A model generated the notes under the pieces. The model was not told the origin of the DNA. It was given only the letters and a program-made list of their open reading frames with translations, and searched no databases. Below are positions 1 to 9,963 of a stretch of 42,109 nt of DNA, in pieces; position 1 is the first letter of the stretch; every line of letters begins with the position of its first letter. The position numbers were made by a program, and so were the translations under genes. This DNA is from an uncultured Curvivirga sp. (GTDB taxonomy: Bacteria > Pseudomonadota > Alphaproteobacteria > UBA8366 > Aestuariispiraceae): NCBI GenBank assembly GCA_965602285.1, contig CBFCZA010000001.1:1-42109 (forward strand), given 5' to 3'.

Positions 1-161
1 TTTTTTACTTTCAAGCCAAGCGTTTCATCACGCGTGTCTATGGCTTTTAAGGCGTTGGCAAACTGATTTTCCACAAGGCCACTCATTTGGCTTAGTAAGC
101 TAAGCAACTCGTCCAGATCTTCGTCATATGCTTTGACGATATGGTCATTTCCCATATTCAT
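1..161 (-). CDS. phoU: Phosphate signalling complex protein PhoU (5' part; runs off window start)
   Basis: Manual translation of the minus strand gives MNMGNDHIVKAYDEDLDELLSLLSQMSGLVENQFANALKAIDTRDETLG, a typical PhoU N-terminus. It lies directly downstream of pstB. The start could be 155 instead. Confidence 0.9.
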   Translation of the reverse strand, partial: MNMGNDHIVKAYDEDLDELLSLLSQMSGLVENQFANALKAIDTRDETLGLKVK

Positions 162-194
162 TTTCTATTCCAATCTTTAACTATAACTTATGAA

Positions 195-1034
195 TTAACC
201 AAATCGACCTGTGATATAGCCTTGTGTTCGTTCATCTTCAGGCTTCGTGAAAATTTTATCCGTTTCCCCAACTTCAACAAGATTTCCAAGGTGGAAGAAG
301 GCGGTGCGTTGGGATACACGGGCGGCTTGTTGCATTGAATGTGTTACAATGGCAATGGTGAAATTTTCACGTAGTTCATGGATTAATTCTTCGATTTTCG
401 CGGTTGCGATTGGATCTAATGCAGAACAAGGTTCATCCATCAAAATGATTTCGGGACGAACCGCAATTGCCCGAGCAATACAAAGGCGTTGTTGTTGCCC
501 ACCTGATAGGCCTGTCCCGGGTGAATCTAGACGGTCTTTCACTTCGTTCCAAAGACTTGCTTTACGAAGACTGGTTTCAACGACTTCTGCCAAATCAGAT
601 TTATGTTCAACGATACCATGGATACGCGGACCATAAGCCACATTGTCGAAAATAGATTTGGGAAACGGGTTGGGTTTTTGGAAAACCATACCAACACGGG
701 CGCGCAAATGAACGGGATCGACAGATTTTGCGAAGATATCATCACCATCCAAGGTGAAATTACCTGAAACCTTGCACGTAACTACAATATCATTCATTCG
801 GTTCAGGCAACGCAAAAAGGTAGATTTACCACAGCCCGATGGGCCAATTAATGCTGTGACCTCACGATCACGGATATCTAGATTTACATTGAACAAAGCC
901 TGTTTTTCACCATAAAATACATTCACATTCTTGCCTTGCATTTTAACTGCGCGACCAGAGTTTTCTACTGGAGTTTCTGCGGGGCTATTGATGATGGCTT
1001 TTGATTGTGTGTTTTTCATTTTCATTCCTGACAT
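195..1034 (-). CDS. pstB: Phosphate ABC transporter ATP-binding protein
   Basis: Walker [45 protein letters not shown]-terminal YITGRFG. Confidence 0.98.
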   Translation of the reverse strand: MSGMKMKNTQSKAIINSPAETPVENSGRAVKMQGKNVNVFYGEKQALFNVNLDIRDREVTALIGPSGCGKSTFLRCLNRMNDIVVTCKVSGNFTLDGDDIFAKSVDPVHLRARVGMVFQKPNPFPKSIFDNVAYGPRIHGIVEHKSDLAEVVETSLRKASLWNEVKDRLDSPGTGLSGGQQQRLCIARAIAVRPEIILMDEPCSALDPIATAKIEELIHELRENFTIAIVTHSMQQAARVSQRTAFFHLGNLVEVGETDKIFTKPEDERTQGYITGRFG

Positions 1035-1088
1035 ATCATTCTGTCCTTCGGTTCAAACGTTCAATAATTTATTGTGGTTGGTTTTGGT

Positions 1089-2390
1089 TTACCAACGACG
1101 CTCAAATTTCTTACGAAGAAGAACTGCTGTTAAATTCATAAAAATTAAGAACCCTAATAGAACCATAATTGCAGCACTGGTACGTTCCATGAAGGCACGT
1201 TCTGGGCTGTCAGCCCATAAATAGATTTGTACAGGCAAGGCTGTAGCGGGATCTGTTGGTCCACCGGGAATATCTGCGATGAAGGCAACCATACCAATCA
1301 TCAATAAAGGTGCTGTTTCCCCTAAGGCTTGCGCCATTCCAATGATCGTACCCGTTAACATACCGGGCATAGCCAAAGGCAATACATGATGGGTAACCAC
1401 CTGAAGTCGACTGGCACCCATACCTAAGGCGGCTTCACGAATAGACGGTGGGACTGCCTTTAGGGCTGCACGCGAAGCAATGATAATGGTCGGTAATGTC
1501 ATCAACGTTAATACCATTCCACCGACGATCGGGGCGGAACGTGGAAGACCAAACCAATTCAGGAACAAAGCCAAGCCTAAAAGACCAAACACAATAGAAG
1601 GCACCGCAGCGAGGTTATTAATATTCACCTCAATAATATCCGTCCATTTATTTTTGGGCGCAAATTCTTCTAAATAAATTGCGGCGGCAACACCAATAGG
1701 GAATGAAAGAAACAGGGTTATAATTAAAGTCCAAAATGACCCAATAGCAGATCCTAAAATACCAGCTTGTTCTGGTTCGCGGCTATCTCCATTGCTAAAG
1801 AAACGCGTATTGAAACTGCTTTTTAAGTTCCCTTTTGCAATCAGTTGATCCACAAAACTGATGGTTAGGTCACTTACACGACGGTCACTTTCGGGAAGAT
1901 GCCTATCAATATATCCTTTTTGTAACATATCAATATCGTCTGAAGCCGCGGCCCATATCTGAATTTCTTGTCCGATAAGATCTGGGTTTTCAATGATTAG
2001 ATCACGCAATTCATATTGGGCACCACTACTGATAATTTTATAAAGCTGTTTCTTTTCTTTACGTTTAGTGACGTCTGGATACATATCACGCAAAGAAGAT
2101 TTAATCAGTTTACTGTAACTTATTTTCTTCAATTCACTTTCATTTGTGGAAGTGAAGATTTCTTCATCTAGCATCACCGTCAGTCGCAATTCTGTTTGCC
2201 AAAATGCAGAATAGCCTTTGGATATAATGCTGGTGAACAAAGTTGCTAAAAACATCATAGCAACGGCGATTGCGGCAATACCATACAGACGAAAACGGCG
2301 TTCTGCCGCATGGCGCTTTTTTAATCGTGCCGTCAATTGATCTTGCATAGTGATCGTTTCTTTGTTTGAAGAGGTAAGTGTATCAGTCAT
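1089..2390 (-). CDS. pstA: Phosphate ABC transporter permease PstA
   Basis: NLAAVPSIVFGLLG, REAALGMGA (EAA loop), ALGETAPL. The ATG at 2390 overlaps the pstC stop. Confidence 0.96.
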   Translation of the reverse strand: MTDTLTSSNKETITMQDQLTARLKKRHAAERRFRLYGIAAIAVAMMFLATLFTSIISKGYSAFWQTELRLTVMLDEEIFTSTNESELKKISYSKLIKSSLRDMYPDVTKRKEKKQLYKIISSGAQYELRDLIIENPDLIGQEIQIWAAASDDIDMLQKGYIDRHLPESDRRVSDLTISFVDQLIAKGNLKSSFNTRFFSNGDSREPEQAGILGSAIGSFWTLIITLFLSFPIGVAAAIYLEEFAPKNKWTDIIEVNINNLAAVPSIVFGLLGLALFLNWFGLPRSAPIVGGMVLTLMTLPTIIIASRAALKAVPPSIREAALGMGASRLQVVTHHVLPLAMPGMLTGTIIGMAQALGETAPLLMIGMVAFIADIPGGPTDPATALPVQIYLWADSPERAFMERTSAAIMVLLGFLIFMNLTAVLLRKKFERRW

Positions 2391-3759
2391 ATTGTTCACG
2401 ATATTTCCGAACGACGCGCAAGGCGACGATGTTAAGAAGAAGGGTAATAATGAAAAGCATCAAGCCCAGTGCAAAAGCGACTAATGTTTTAGGACTGTCG
2501 AATTCTTGATCGCCTACCAGTAATGTCACAATTTGAACGGTAACAGTTGTTACGGCTTGGAATGGATTTGCTGTTAGGTTGGCGGCAAGACCTGCTGCCA
2601 TTACAACAATCATTGTTTCCCCAATAGCCCGACTAACTGCCAGTAGTAAGGACCCAACAACCCCGGGCAATGCCGCAGGCAAAACGACGTTTTTAATGGT
2701 TTCAGACTTCGTGGCGCCAAGGCCATAAGATGCCTCGCGCAAGGTATTTGGAACCGAAGAAATGACATCATCGGAAAGAGAGGATACAAAAGGAATGATC
2801 ATAATCCCCATAACCAAACCAGCAGCCATCGCACTTTCACTTGAAATGCTTAGGCCAAAACTAACGCCACTGTCACGAAGATAGGGGGCAACGGTGAGAG
2901 CTGCAAAAAATCCATAAACAACGGTTGGAATGCCTGCTAAGATCTCAAGGGCAGGCTTAATGATAGCACGCAGTTTTGGGCCTGCATATTCCGCCATATA
3001 AATGGCAGAGAACAAACCAATAGGGGCGGCAACGGTCATAGCGATGAAACTGATCAATAACGTGCCAGCAAACACAGGAATAGCACCAAAAGCACCACTT
3101 GATCCAATTTGATCAGATCTAAGAGCTGTTTGGGGGCTCCATTCCATCCCAAATAAGAAATCTGTGATGGGCACTTTGGCAAAAAATCGACTGGTTTCAA
3201 AGATCAACGACAGAACAATTCCAATAGTGGTCAATACAGCGATACAGCTACAGACAAGTAGCAAAATCATGATAATTTTCTCGACTGCCTGACGCGCGCG
3301 GAAATCTGGATGTATTTTTCTGCGGGCAATTAAAAGCCCGATGATTGCAATTGCAATGATAATGACAAATGCCGAAAGTTCGCTGCTGGTTTTGAAGTTT
3401 TGATATGTTTCAACAGATTGTAGAATTGCTGGTGATACCTTGGTTAAATCCCCAAGGCCATTGGCTAGGTTTTTAATGTCATTATATATTAAACTCAATT
3501 GGTTTTGGCTAAGATCAGGGTTCGCCAAACTGATGGGGGATAATATATAATTCTGGGTGATGCTTGCCTCAAATAAAGACCAAATAACCCAACATAAAAA
3601 TGCAGGTATGGCTGTATAAAATACAGTGTAGACACCATAATATCCCGGTAATGATTGTATTTTTTGCGTAGCTTTAAGCAATGCTAAACGTTTTTTTCCA
3701 TTCTTAAATGCAAAGAAGCACATAAGAAGGATCACAAGGAGTAAGATGCTACCGATCAT
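2383..3759 (-). CDS. pstC: Phosphate ABC transporter permease PstC
   Basis: LEILAGIPTVVYG, REASYGLGAT, SRAIGETM. Start uncertain (ATG 3759 vs TTG 3795). Confidence 0.96.
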   Translation of the reverse strand: MIGSILLLVILLMCFFAFKNGKKRLALLKATQKIQSLPGYYGVYTVFYTAIPAFLCWVIWSLFEASITQNYILSPISLANPDLSQNQLSLIYNDIKNLANGLGDLTKVSPAILQSVETYQNFKTSSELSAFVIIIAIAIIGLLIARRKIHPDFRARQAVEKIIMILLLVCSCIAVLTTIGIVLSLIFETSRFFAKVPITDFLFGMEWSPQTALRSDQIGSSGAFGAIPVFAGTLLISFIAMTVAAPIGLFSAIYMAEYAGPKLRAIIKPALEILAGIPTVVYGFFAALTVAPYLRDSGVSFGLSISSESAMAAGLVMGIMIIPFVSSLSDDVISSVPNTLREASYGLGATKSETIKNVVLPAALPGVVGSLLLAVSRAIGETMIVVMAAGLAANLTANPFQAVTTVTVQIVTLLVGDQEFDSPKTLVAFALGLMLFIITLLLNIVALRVVRKYREQYD

Positions 3760-3801
3760 AATTCTGGTATCTATTCTATTAAAGTTAGGTTTCAAATATA
3801 C

Positions 3802-3840
3802 GAAGGGCGGGCCTTGCTAGATGCAAGAGCCCGCGTCTTC
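3802..3840 (-). other. Intercistronic stem-loop between pstS and pstC
   Basis: GC-rich imperfect inverted repeat gaagggcgggccttgc-tagat-gcaagagcccgcgtcttc with no U-tract. The position is typical of hairpins that stabilise binding-protein mRNA. Confidence 0.6.
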
Positions 3841-3859
3841 AAATGTCGTTTTATAGGAT

Positions 3860-4897
3860 TTACATAGAAAGGTTTGTTAGTCCCAATGTTGCGTTTTTAT
3901 AAGCCGCGCGCTCTTCTTCTGGCATAGGGATCAAACCACGGTCAGTTAAGTAACCTTCATCACCCCAAGTATCCTCATTGGTGAATTCTGATAGAAAGGC
4001 ATCAATTCCGGGAATAACGCCAACATGTGCTTTTTTCACATAGAAGTAGAGGGAACGAGAAACCCCATATTCACCATCGGCAATTGCCTCAAAAGTTGGT
4101 TCCACACCACCAACAAGTGAACCTTGGATTTTATCAGAATTTTGATCTAGGAATGAAAAGCCAAAGATACCAAAGGCATTTGGATTGGCTTCTAACTTTT
4201 GAACAATCAAGTTGTCATTTTCGCCGGCCTCTACAAAGGCACCATCTTCGCGAATGGAATGTGCAATTGTTTTGAAGGCTTTTTTGTCAGACTTGCGAAG
4301 GGCTTTAAGAACATCAATTTTCTTGGCACCACCTTCCATTGCCAATTCAACAAATGCATCACGGGTGCCAGAAGTCGGTGGCGGGCCTAGAACTTCGATT
4401 TTAACGTTTGGTAATGATTTATCAATTTCTGACCATTTCACATATGGGTTAGCTTTGAAGCCGCCATTGCCATCGGGGATTTCTTTCGCCAATGCCAAGA
4501 AAATTTGCTTCTTTGTAAGCTTAAGCTGTTCTGTGACTTTTGCATTGCCAATGACAATACCGTCATATCCAATTTTAACTTCTACGATGTTGGCTACACC
4601 ATTTGCAGCACAACGTTCAACTTCAGAAGATTTGATACGACGTGATGCGTTAGTAATATCAGGGTGTTGTACGCCAACACCTTCACAAAAAAGCTTTAAT
4701 CCGCCACCGGAGCCTGTAGATTCCACTACGGGTGTTTTGAAGTCTGTACTTTTCCCAAAGTTTTCTGCCACTGCTGTTGCAAAAGGGAAAACGGTAGAAG
4801 AGCCAACAATGCGAATTTGATCGCGTGCTTCTGCCATGCCTGCAAGTGCCATGATGCCAATTGCGGCGGCTGATAATGATTTAACCAGGTTTTTCAT
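3860..4897 (-). CDS. pstS: Phosphate ABC transporter substrate-binding protein
   Basis: Signal peptide (AEA|RDQ), IRIVGSSTVFP, VESTGSGGG, GPPPTSGTRDAF; first gene of the pst operon. Confidence 0.96.
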   Translation of the reverse strand: MKNLVKSLSAAAIGIMALAGMAEARDQIRIVGSSTVFPFATAVAENFGKSTDFKTPVVESTGSGGGLKLFCEGVGVQHPDITNASRRIKSSEVERCAANGVANIVEVKIGYDGIVIGNAKVTEQLKLTKKQIFLALAKEIPDGNGGFKANPYVKWSEIDKSLPNVKIEVLGPPPTSGTRDAFVELAMEGGAKKIDVLKALRKSDKKAFKTIAHSIREDGAFVEAGENDNLIVQKLEANPNAFGIFGFSFLDQNSDKIQGSLVGGVEPTFEAIADGEYGVSRSLYFYVKKAHVGVIPGIDAFLSEFTNEDTWGDEGYLTDRGLIPMPEEERAAYKNATLGLTNLSM

Positions 4898-5021
4898 CTT
4901 CTCTTACCTTGAACTATGGCCATATCCCATCCATTTCGGTGTGGTGATTTGTGGCCTATTAACATTCATAGATCAGATAGAGCCTTCTCCATCTGTCTAT
5001 GAGCTGTTTTAATCATGTTAT

Positions 5022-5061
5022 GCGACTCTTTTATTGTAGAAATGTTACAGTTTGATGAAAC
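5022..5061 (-). promoter_or_regulatory. Tandem Pho boxes (PhoB binding) upstream of pstS
   Basis: Minus strand reads GTTTCAT-CAAA-CTGTAAC-ATTT-CTACAAT-AAAA-GAGTCGC: 7-mers at an 11-bp period resembling CTGTCAT-N4, followed by a -10-like TAACAT (5020-5015). Confidence 0.8.
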
Positions 5062-5265
5062 GCTGCCAAAAATGTGAAAAAATGATATTTTTTTGTGAAA
5101 ATCATAATTTCGCCCATTTTTTATGCTAGTCATGACATAATCTGTTGAAACAATGATGTTCGTAGGATGGACGTTCAGGATGACGCACTATATATATTCA
5201 TTGAAATAAACACCCCATAAGAAAATATATCTTATGGCTGACATTTGGGTGACGGACCAAAAATA

Positions 5266-6774
5266 ATGAAAAGCAAAATAATCACGTTTCTAAAGAAGCG
5301 CCGCCAAATGTTGGATCGAATGGCAAAGCGGAAGCCTGCTTCCCTAAATGTTAGTGATCCTTTTTATGAGCTAGATGAAGAAATGCAAGCTGAGTTCCCA
5401 GAACTTGAGCGTTCTACAACATCCGCAGAACCCCACAAAGTGAAGGTTAAACCACCATCAGGTATAATGAAAATACGCGTGTTAGCTGTTGGAGCGTTGG
5501 CGGGTGCTGTTCTTATTTCATCCTTTGCAGGGTTGGGATTATGGACGGGAACCTTAGATGACCATTGGCCTGAACCGCCCGTTGTTCAACCTGCGCCTAT
5601 CGTTGCTGTTGTGGAGGATACTGAGCTTTCCTCTGTTGATACGGTTATTTTAGGAGAGATTACATCTGGTGATACATTGGCAAATATAATGACGGCCGCA
5701 GGAGCAAGTCGTAAAGACACCCATCTTGCAGCGACAAGTTTTAATAAAGTATTTTCTGCCCGAAAATTAAAGCCGGGGCAGAAAACATCTATTCGCCTTA
5801 TCGAAAATGAAAGCGGCTTGGTTTTGGATGAATTTGTCCTAGAGCCAGACCAGAAAAGAAAAGTAATTGCAAAACGCCAATCTGATGGATCGTTCCAAAC
5901 CATTGTTGAGGAAGTCCCATTAACAGAAAAACTGAAAGTTTCTGAAGGCATTATAGATAGTAGCCTTTATGTGGCTGCCACAGAAGCCAAGGTACCTTCG
6001 CGTATTCTAGCAGATTTGATTAATGTTTTTAGTTTCGATGTGGATTTCCAACGAGAAATTCAAAAAGGTGATGGCTTCGCCCTGATGTTTGAATCTTTAC
6101 AAGATGAATATGGCAATGAAGTTGATACGGGAGAAATCCTAGTTGCTGAAATGACTTTAAGTGGGGATTTGCATCGTTATTATCGCTATAAAGGAAATGG
6201 CGATTTTGCAGATTATTATGATGAAAAAGGGCAGTCTGTAAGAAAGGCTCTTTTACGTACGCCTGTTGATGGGGCGCGTATTTCATCTGGTTTTGGTAAA
6301 AGGAAGCATCCGATTCTTGGTTATACCAAACTTCATAAGGGAACTGATTTCGCAGCTCCCCGTGGTACCCCGATCTATGCAGCGGGTAACGGCGTGATCG
6401 AAGTCGCGGGCTGGAATGGTAGTTTTGGTAAATATGTACGTATTCGCCATACAGGAACTTATAAAACGGCCTATGCCCATATGCATCAAATTGCAAAAGG
6501 GGTTAGTAAAGGTAAGCGCGTTCGTCAAAGGCAGGTGATTGGTTATGTGGGGACGACAGGTCGTTCGACCGGAAGCCATTTGCATTTTGAAGTTCATAAG
6601 AACGGACGTCAAGTGAACCCACTTTCTGTTAAGCTTCCTACAGGAAAAAAGCTAAAAGGCAAAGAACTTGATGGGTTTAAAATTCATTTGGCTCAATTGG
6701 AAGAAAGTTACGGATCACAGAAGCATAGCCAAGCAAAAGCTGTTCCTATACGTGAAGCATCGTCACAAAATTAA
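5266..6774 (+). CDS. M23 family peptidoglycan DD-metalloendopeptidase (MepM/LytM-like)
   Basis: N-terminal TM segment, LysM-like GDTLANI, HKGTDF (HxxxD), YAHM, GRSTGSHLHFEV (HxH). Confidence 0.92.
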   Translation: MKSKIITFLKKRRQMLDRMAKRKPASLNVSDPFYELDEEMQAEFPELERSTTSAEPHKVKVKPPSGIMKIRVLAVGALAGAVLISSFAGLGLWTGTLDDHWPEPPVVQPAPIVAVVEDTELSSVDTVILGEITSGDTLANIMTAAGASRKDTHLAATSFNKVFSARKLKPGQKTSIRLIENESGLVLDEFVLEPDQKRKVIAKRQSDGSFQTIVEEVPLTEKLKVSEGIIDSSLYVAATEAKVPSRILADLINVFSFDVDFQREIQKGDGFALMFESLQDEYGNEVDTGEILVAEMTLSGDLHRYYRYKGNGDFADYYDEKGQSVRKALLRTPVDGARISSGFGKRKHPILGYTKLHKGTDFAAPRGTPIYAAGNGVIEVAGWNGSFGKYVRIRHTGTYKTAYAHMHQIAKGVSKGKRVRQRQVIGYVGTTGRSTGSHLHFEVHKNGRQVNPLSVKLPTGKKLKGKELDGFKIHLAQLEESYGSQKHSQAKAVPIREASSQN

Positions 6775-6787
6775 ACATGGATTGTTT

Positions 6788-7231
6788 TTAGGCTGCATCA
6801 GCGGGTTGTGTATTTGAAGGGATATAGTCTTGCGGCATCATGGTATCAAACATGGTGTAATGAAGGCTTTTGGCGATCATTTCTGCTTTCTTTTGAAAAC
6901 GCAAAGCAGCCTCTTCTTCAAAAACTTCTGTTGTTGATTGAAACCATAGTTTCAACCAACGTTCAAAAAACTCTGATTTTGCCTCATGAGCAAAGCGTGC
7001 ATGCACTTGATGTGGGCTGCCTTTATATTGGGCAGTACCATTCATAACAGAGGCCCAAAAACGATACATGTTGGCCAGATGGTCGCCCCATTTTTCTAAC
7101 CTATCCCCCCCAATATGGGCCTTGAATAATGGGCCAACTAAATCATCGTCTAGTATCTTACCATAGAAATGATCGATTAAACGTTTGATGGTAATATCAT
7201 TAATCTCTGTTTCAAGGTTATTACTAGACAT
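6788..7231 (-). CDS. Group III truncated (2/2) haemoglobin
   Basis: LIDHFYGKILDDDLVGPLF, WGDHLANMYRFW, YKGSPHQVH, FERWLKLW. Confidence 0.88.
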   Translation of the reverse strand: MSSNNLETEINDITIKRLIDHFYGKILDDDLVGPLFKAHIGGDRLEKWGDHLANMYRFWASVMNGTAQYKGSPHQVHARFAHEAKSEFFERWLKLWFQSTTEVFEEEAALRFQKKAEMIAKSLHYTMFDTMMPQDYIPSNTQPADAA

Positions 7232-7271
7232 CTATTCATCCATTTATTGTGATAATGGCGCTTTATAGCCC

Positions 7272-8087
7272 CTAGGCTATGGGTTTGGAAGCAAATATTT
7301 TAAGCCGTTTATATGGCCTTCTTCTGCCATTTTTCATATCTTCGATGGTTTGATAATAGCCATTGTCACGAATTTTATATTTGGTCCAAAAGGCAGAATT
7401 ACTTGCCGCTACCTTTTGATGGATTGCACGTGGGTTGGTGCTGTCTAATTTGGAACCATTCGCTTGTTGCCAGATGGTATCTAAATGATCCGGTGATTCT
7501 TTAACCAGATTAGGTAAGCAACCTAAATGAGTATGAAATTCAATGGCATCTTTATCAGGATAGTAAAAAGGGTAATAGACAGGGTGAATATTCCAGAAAT
7601 CTTTTTCATCTTGGAAGGCGATTTTAAATTTCGCACCACGATGGATCGCTTCTATAATTTTACTTTTATCTTGTTTAGGTTTGTCTTCCCAAACCTTTTC
7701 GAAATCATCATGGCAATGCCAGCGCAGTTCCGCATAATGCGCGGTAGTGAGAAGTAGGATAGAGGCAGTTGCGGATTTTTCAGTCAATTGCCCATCGCTA
7801 ATACGATAATTCATAAACATATCAATAGCATTGCAATATGCATAACCCGCAGTATGGGAAAGGGACGGACCAGCCACCCCTTGGGCATTACGATCCTGCC
7901 CCGCCCAAACCATTTTTTCACGAACAATGACATGAGGCAGTTGAACCGCCTCGATATAGGTGCCAAGACCCACAGTATCTTCATCAGATTCATTAGGGCG
8001 TAAATAAATAGAAACTGATTGGCCTTCTAAGACTTTATCTGCCAAATCATCAAATCTATTTCGGATAGCTTTGTTCGTATTAAACAT
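7272..8087 (-). CDS. Hypothetical protein (271 aa)
   Basis: Long ORF with an SD (AGGGG) before the ATG, co-oriented between the M14 peptidase and the globin; no motif recognised. Confidence 0.7.
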   Translation of the reverse strand: MFNTNKAIRNRFDDLADKVLEGQSVSIYLRPNESDEDTVGLGTYIEAVQLPHVIVREKMVWAGQDRNAQGVAGPSLSHTAGYAYCNAIDMFMNYRISDGQLTEKSATASILLLTTAHYAELRWHCHDDFEKVWEDKPKQDKSKIIEAIHRGAKFKIAFQDEKDFWNIHPVYYPFYYPDKDAIEFHTHLGCLPNLVKESPDHLDTIWQQANGSKLDSTNPRAIHQKVAASNSAFWTKYKIRDNGYYQTIEDMKNGRRRPYKRLKIFASKPIA

Positions 8088-8129
8088 GTTGCGCCCCTAT
8101 GAGTATTTCCCGTTCGTATGATTACTGCT

Positions 8130-9269
8130 TTATTTTTTAATATCCGCATGAATGGACCACAGTGCATCTAGGCAAGCTTGCCCTAATTTACGGCAACGTT
8201 CTGGGGACCACCCTAAGAAATGATCGGGAAGGTCATCATTATCTTTGAATGGCATTTCTAATGTCATGGTCAAAGCTTGATGGGTATTTTGGATATGTGA
8301 ACTTGCAATGGTCATATTTGCATTCCCCGGTTTCTTCGGGGGGTAGCCATGTTTCGATTGGAAGTCAGGTGTTGTATTGCATAAGGCTTGTTCGTATGAC
8401 TTACGCAGTTCTATTAAGTGTTCTGGGCAATCAGGTATCGCATCTGCATTTGCAATGAAGCAGTATGGGATGGCTTCGTCTCCATGAACATCAAGGCAAA
8501 AATCCAATCCAATTTCACGCATTTCTTGGTCGACCAAGAATACTTCAGGGCTACGTTCCATTGTAGGTGTTGCCCATTCGCGGTTAAGGTTGGCGCCTGC
8601 GGCATTCGTACGTAAATGACCACGACGTCCCCCATCAGGATTCATATTTGGCACCACATAGAATACGGCTTTCTCAAGAAGAGATTTACTTACTGGATCG
8701 CTATCATCTAGTAATCTACGTAACATACCTTCCATCCACCAACTTGCCATGGTTTCACCGGGATGTTGACGGCCGATGAACCAGAATTTAAGTTTATCTT
8801 GATCCCAATCGTCACCAATGATCAACATATCCATGTCTTGGCCGTCTAAAGTTTCGCCAAGAACTTCAACATTACAGGCTGGATGTAGCTGGCATTCTGC
8901 AACAAGGTCTTGTTGGCGATCGCGGGAATAAGGAGCAAAATAAGCAAAATAAACACTGTCGGCTTGGGGGATATGATGAACGGTCATGGTTTTACCGTCA
9001 AAATCTGTATCAACTTGGAACCATGTATCACGATCATACGAGGCACGTACTTTATAGTCTTGCCAGCCTTCTGGGTAGGCTGTGCCTTCCATGTCTTCAA
9101 ACTTCATGACAACTTGTTCGCCCTTAGCACCACTTAGACGGAAATGAAACCATTGGCGAAATTCATCACCTGCATCAAAAGGAATACGTAGGCGGATGTC
9201 GTCTGACGCCTCTGCGGAAATAACATCAATAGAACCTGAATCGAAATTTTTGCTGATGCGAATGCTCAT
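8130..9269 (-). CDS. M14-type cytosolic zinc carboxypeptidase
   Basis: N-terminal domain NFDSGSI...QWFHF, FAYFAPYS, RQHPGE (HxxE), NPDG, NLNR, DVHG, TLEMPF. Confidence 0.92.
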   Translation of the reverse strand: MSIRISKNFDSGSIDVISAEASDDIRLRIPFDAGDEFRQWFHFRLSGAKGEQVVMKFEDMEGTAYPEGWQDYKVRASYDRDTWFQVDTDFDGKTMTVHHIPQADSVYFAYFAPYSRDRQQDLVAECQLHPACNVEVLGETLDGQDMDMLIIGDDWDQDKLKFWFIGRQHPGETMASWWMEGMLRRLLDDSDPVSKSLLEKAVFYVVPNMNPDGGRRGHLRTNAAGANLNREWATPTMERSPEVFLVDQEMREIGLDFCLDVHGDEAIPYCFIANADAIPDCPEHLIELRKSYEQALCNTTPDFQSKHGYPPKKPGNANMTIASSHIQNTHQALTMTLEMPFKDNDDLPDHFLGWSPERCRKLGQACLDALWSIHADIKK

Positions 9270-9460
9270 TTTTATAATCCTTTAGGGTCAGCAGCTGATT
9301 TTTAAAAATAATACCAGCGGTTTATAAAATAGCCAAGCTTTGGTTTTCTGGTTGAGAGCTGTTTTTAAAAATGTTTTATATTTAAAATATGATTGATCTA
9401 ATCTGTGTAGGGGTATATTGCAACTATAAGTACTTACTATATTACCTAGGGAAAAAGAAT

Positions 9461-9886
9461 ATGGAAAAGGTTGGATCTGGCAGCCTTAAGGGAATTGATT
9501 TCAGTTCTTGCCTATATAAAAATCAAATAATTCATTATTTGAAAATCACTTCAAAGATTGGTTTTGAAGAACGTATACCAATGTATGAAGCCACATTAGC
9601 CTTAAATAAAGGGCCGTATTTTTTTTGTATTTTCGATAATAGCAATAGATTAGAAAATAACCTATCATTTGACGATTTAATGGTTTTCAATCGAATGATT
9701 TTGGACGCTGGCATTACCCACTATTACAGTGCGTCTGTCACTTTTGATGATCAATTTGGCAGCCTCATCAATTTAGCGACAGTAACGTCAAAATCTTTGG
9801 GTCTTTTCACCGAAATGGTTATTGAAAATGATGTCCAATCTGCAGAGAAATTCATCAAAGATACTATAGATAAAATTATGGATTAA
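9461..9886 (+). CDS. Hypothetical protein (weak resemblance to STAS/SEC14-like fold)
   Basis: AT-rich ORF with SD AGGGA before ATG 9461; the fold guess rests only on its alpha/beta pattern. Confidence 0.55.
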   Translation: MEKVGSGSLKGIDFSSCLYKNQIIHYLKITSKIGFEERIPMYEATLALNKGPYFFCIFDNSNRLENNLSFDDLMVFNRMILDAGITHYYSASVTFDDQFGSLINLATVTSKSLGLFTEMVIENDVQSAEKFIKDTIDKIMD

Positions 9887-9888
9887 AC

Positions 9889-9920
9889 CAAAACAATAGG
9901 GCGACCAAATGGCCGCCCTA
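9889..9920 (-). terminator. Rho-independent terminator of amt
   Basis: Minus strand TAGGGCGGCCA-TT-TGGTCGCCCTA followed by TTGTTTT. Confidence 0.75.
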
Positions 9921-9963
9921 AGTTGGAATATAGAAATTCGTCTATAGAGTAGTTTGAAAGTCC

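Noticed and set aside
4212-4820. 202-aa antisense ORF inside pstS, and many similar shadow ORFs in the track
   Set aside because: They are fully antisense or out of frame to well-supported genes, have no motifs, and are explained by codon bias.
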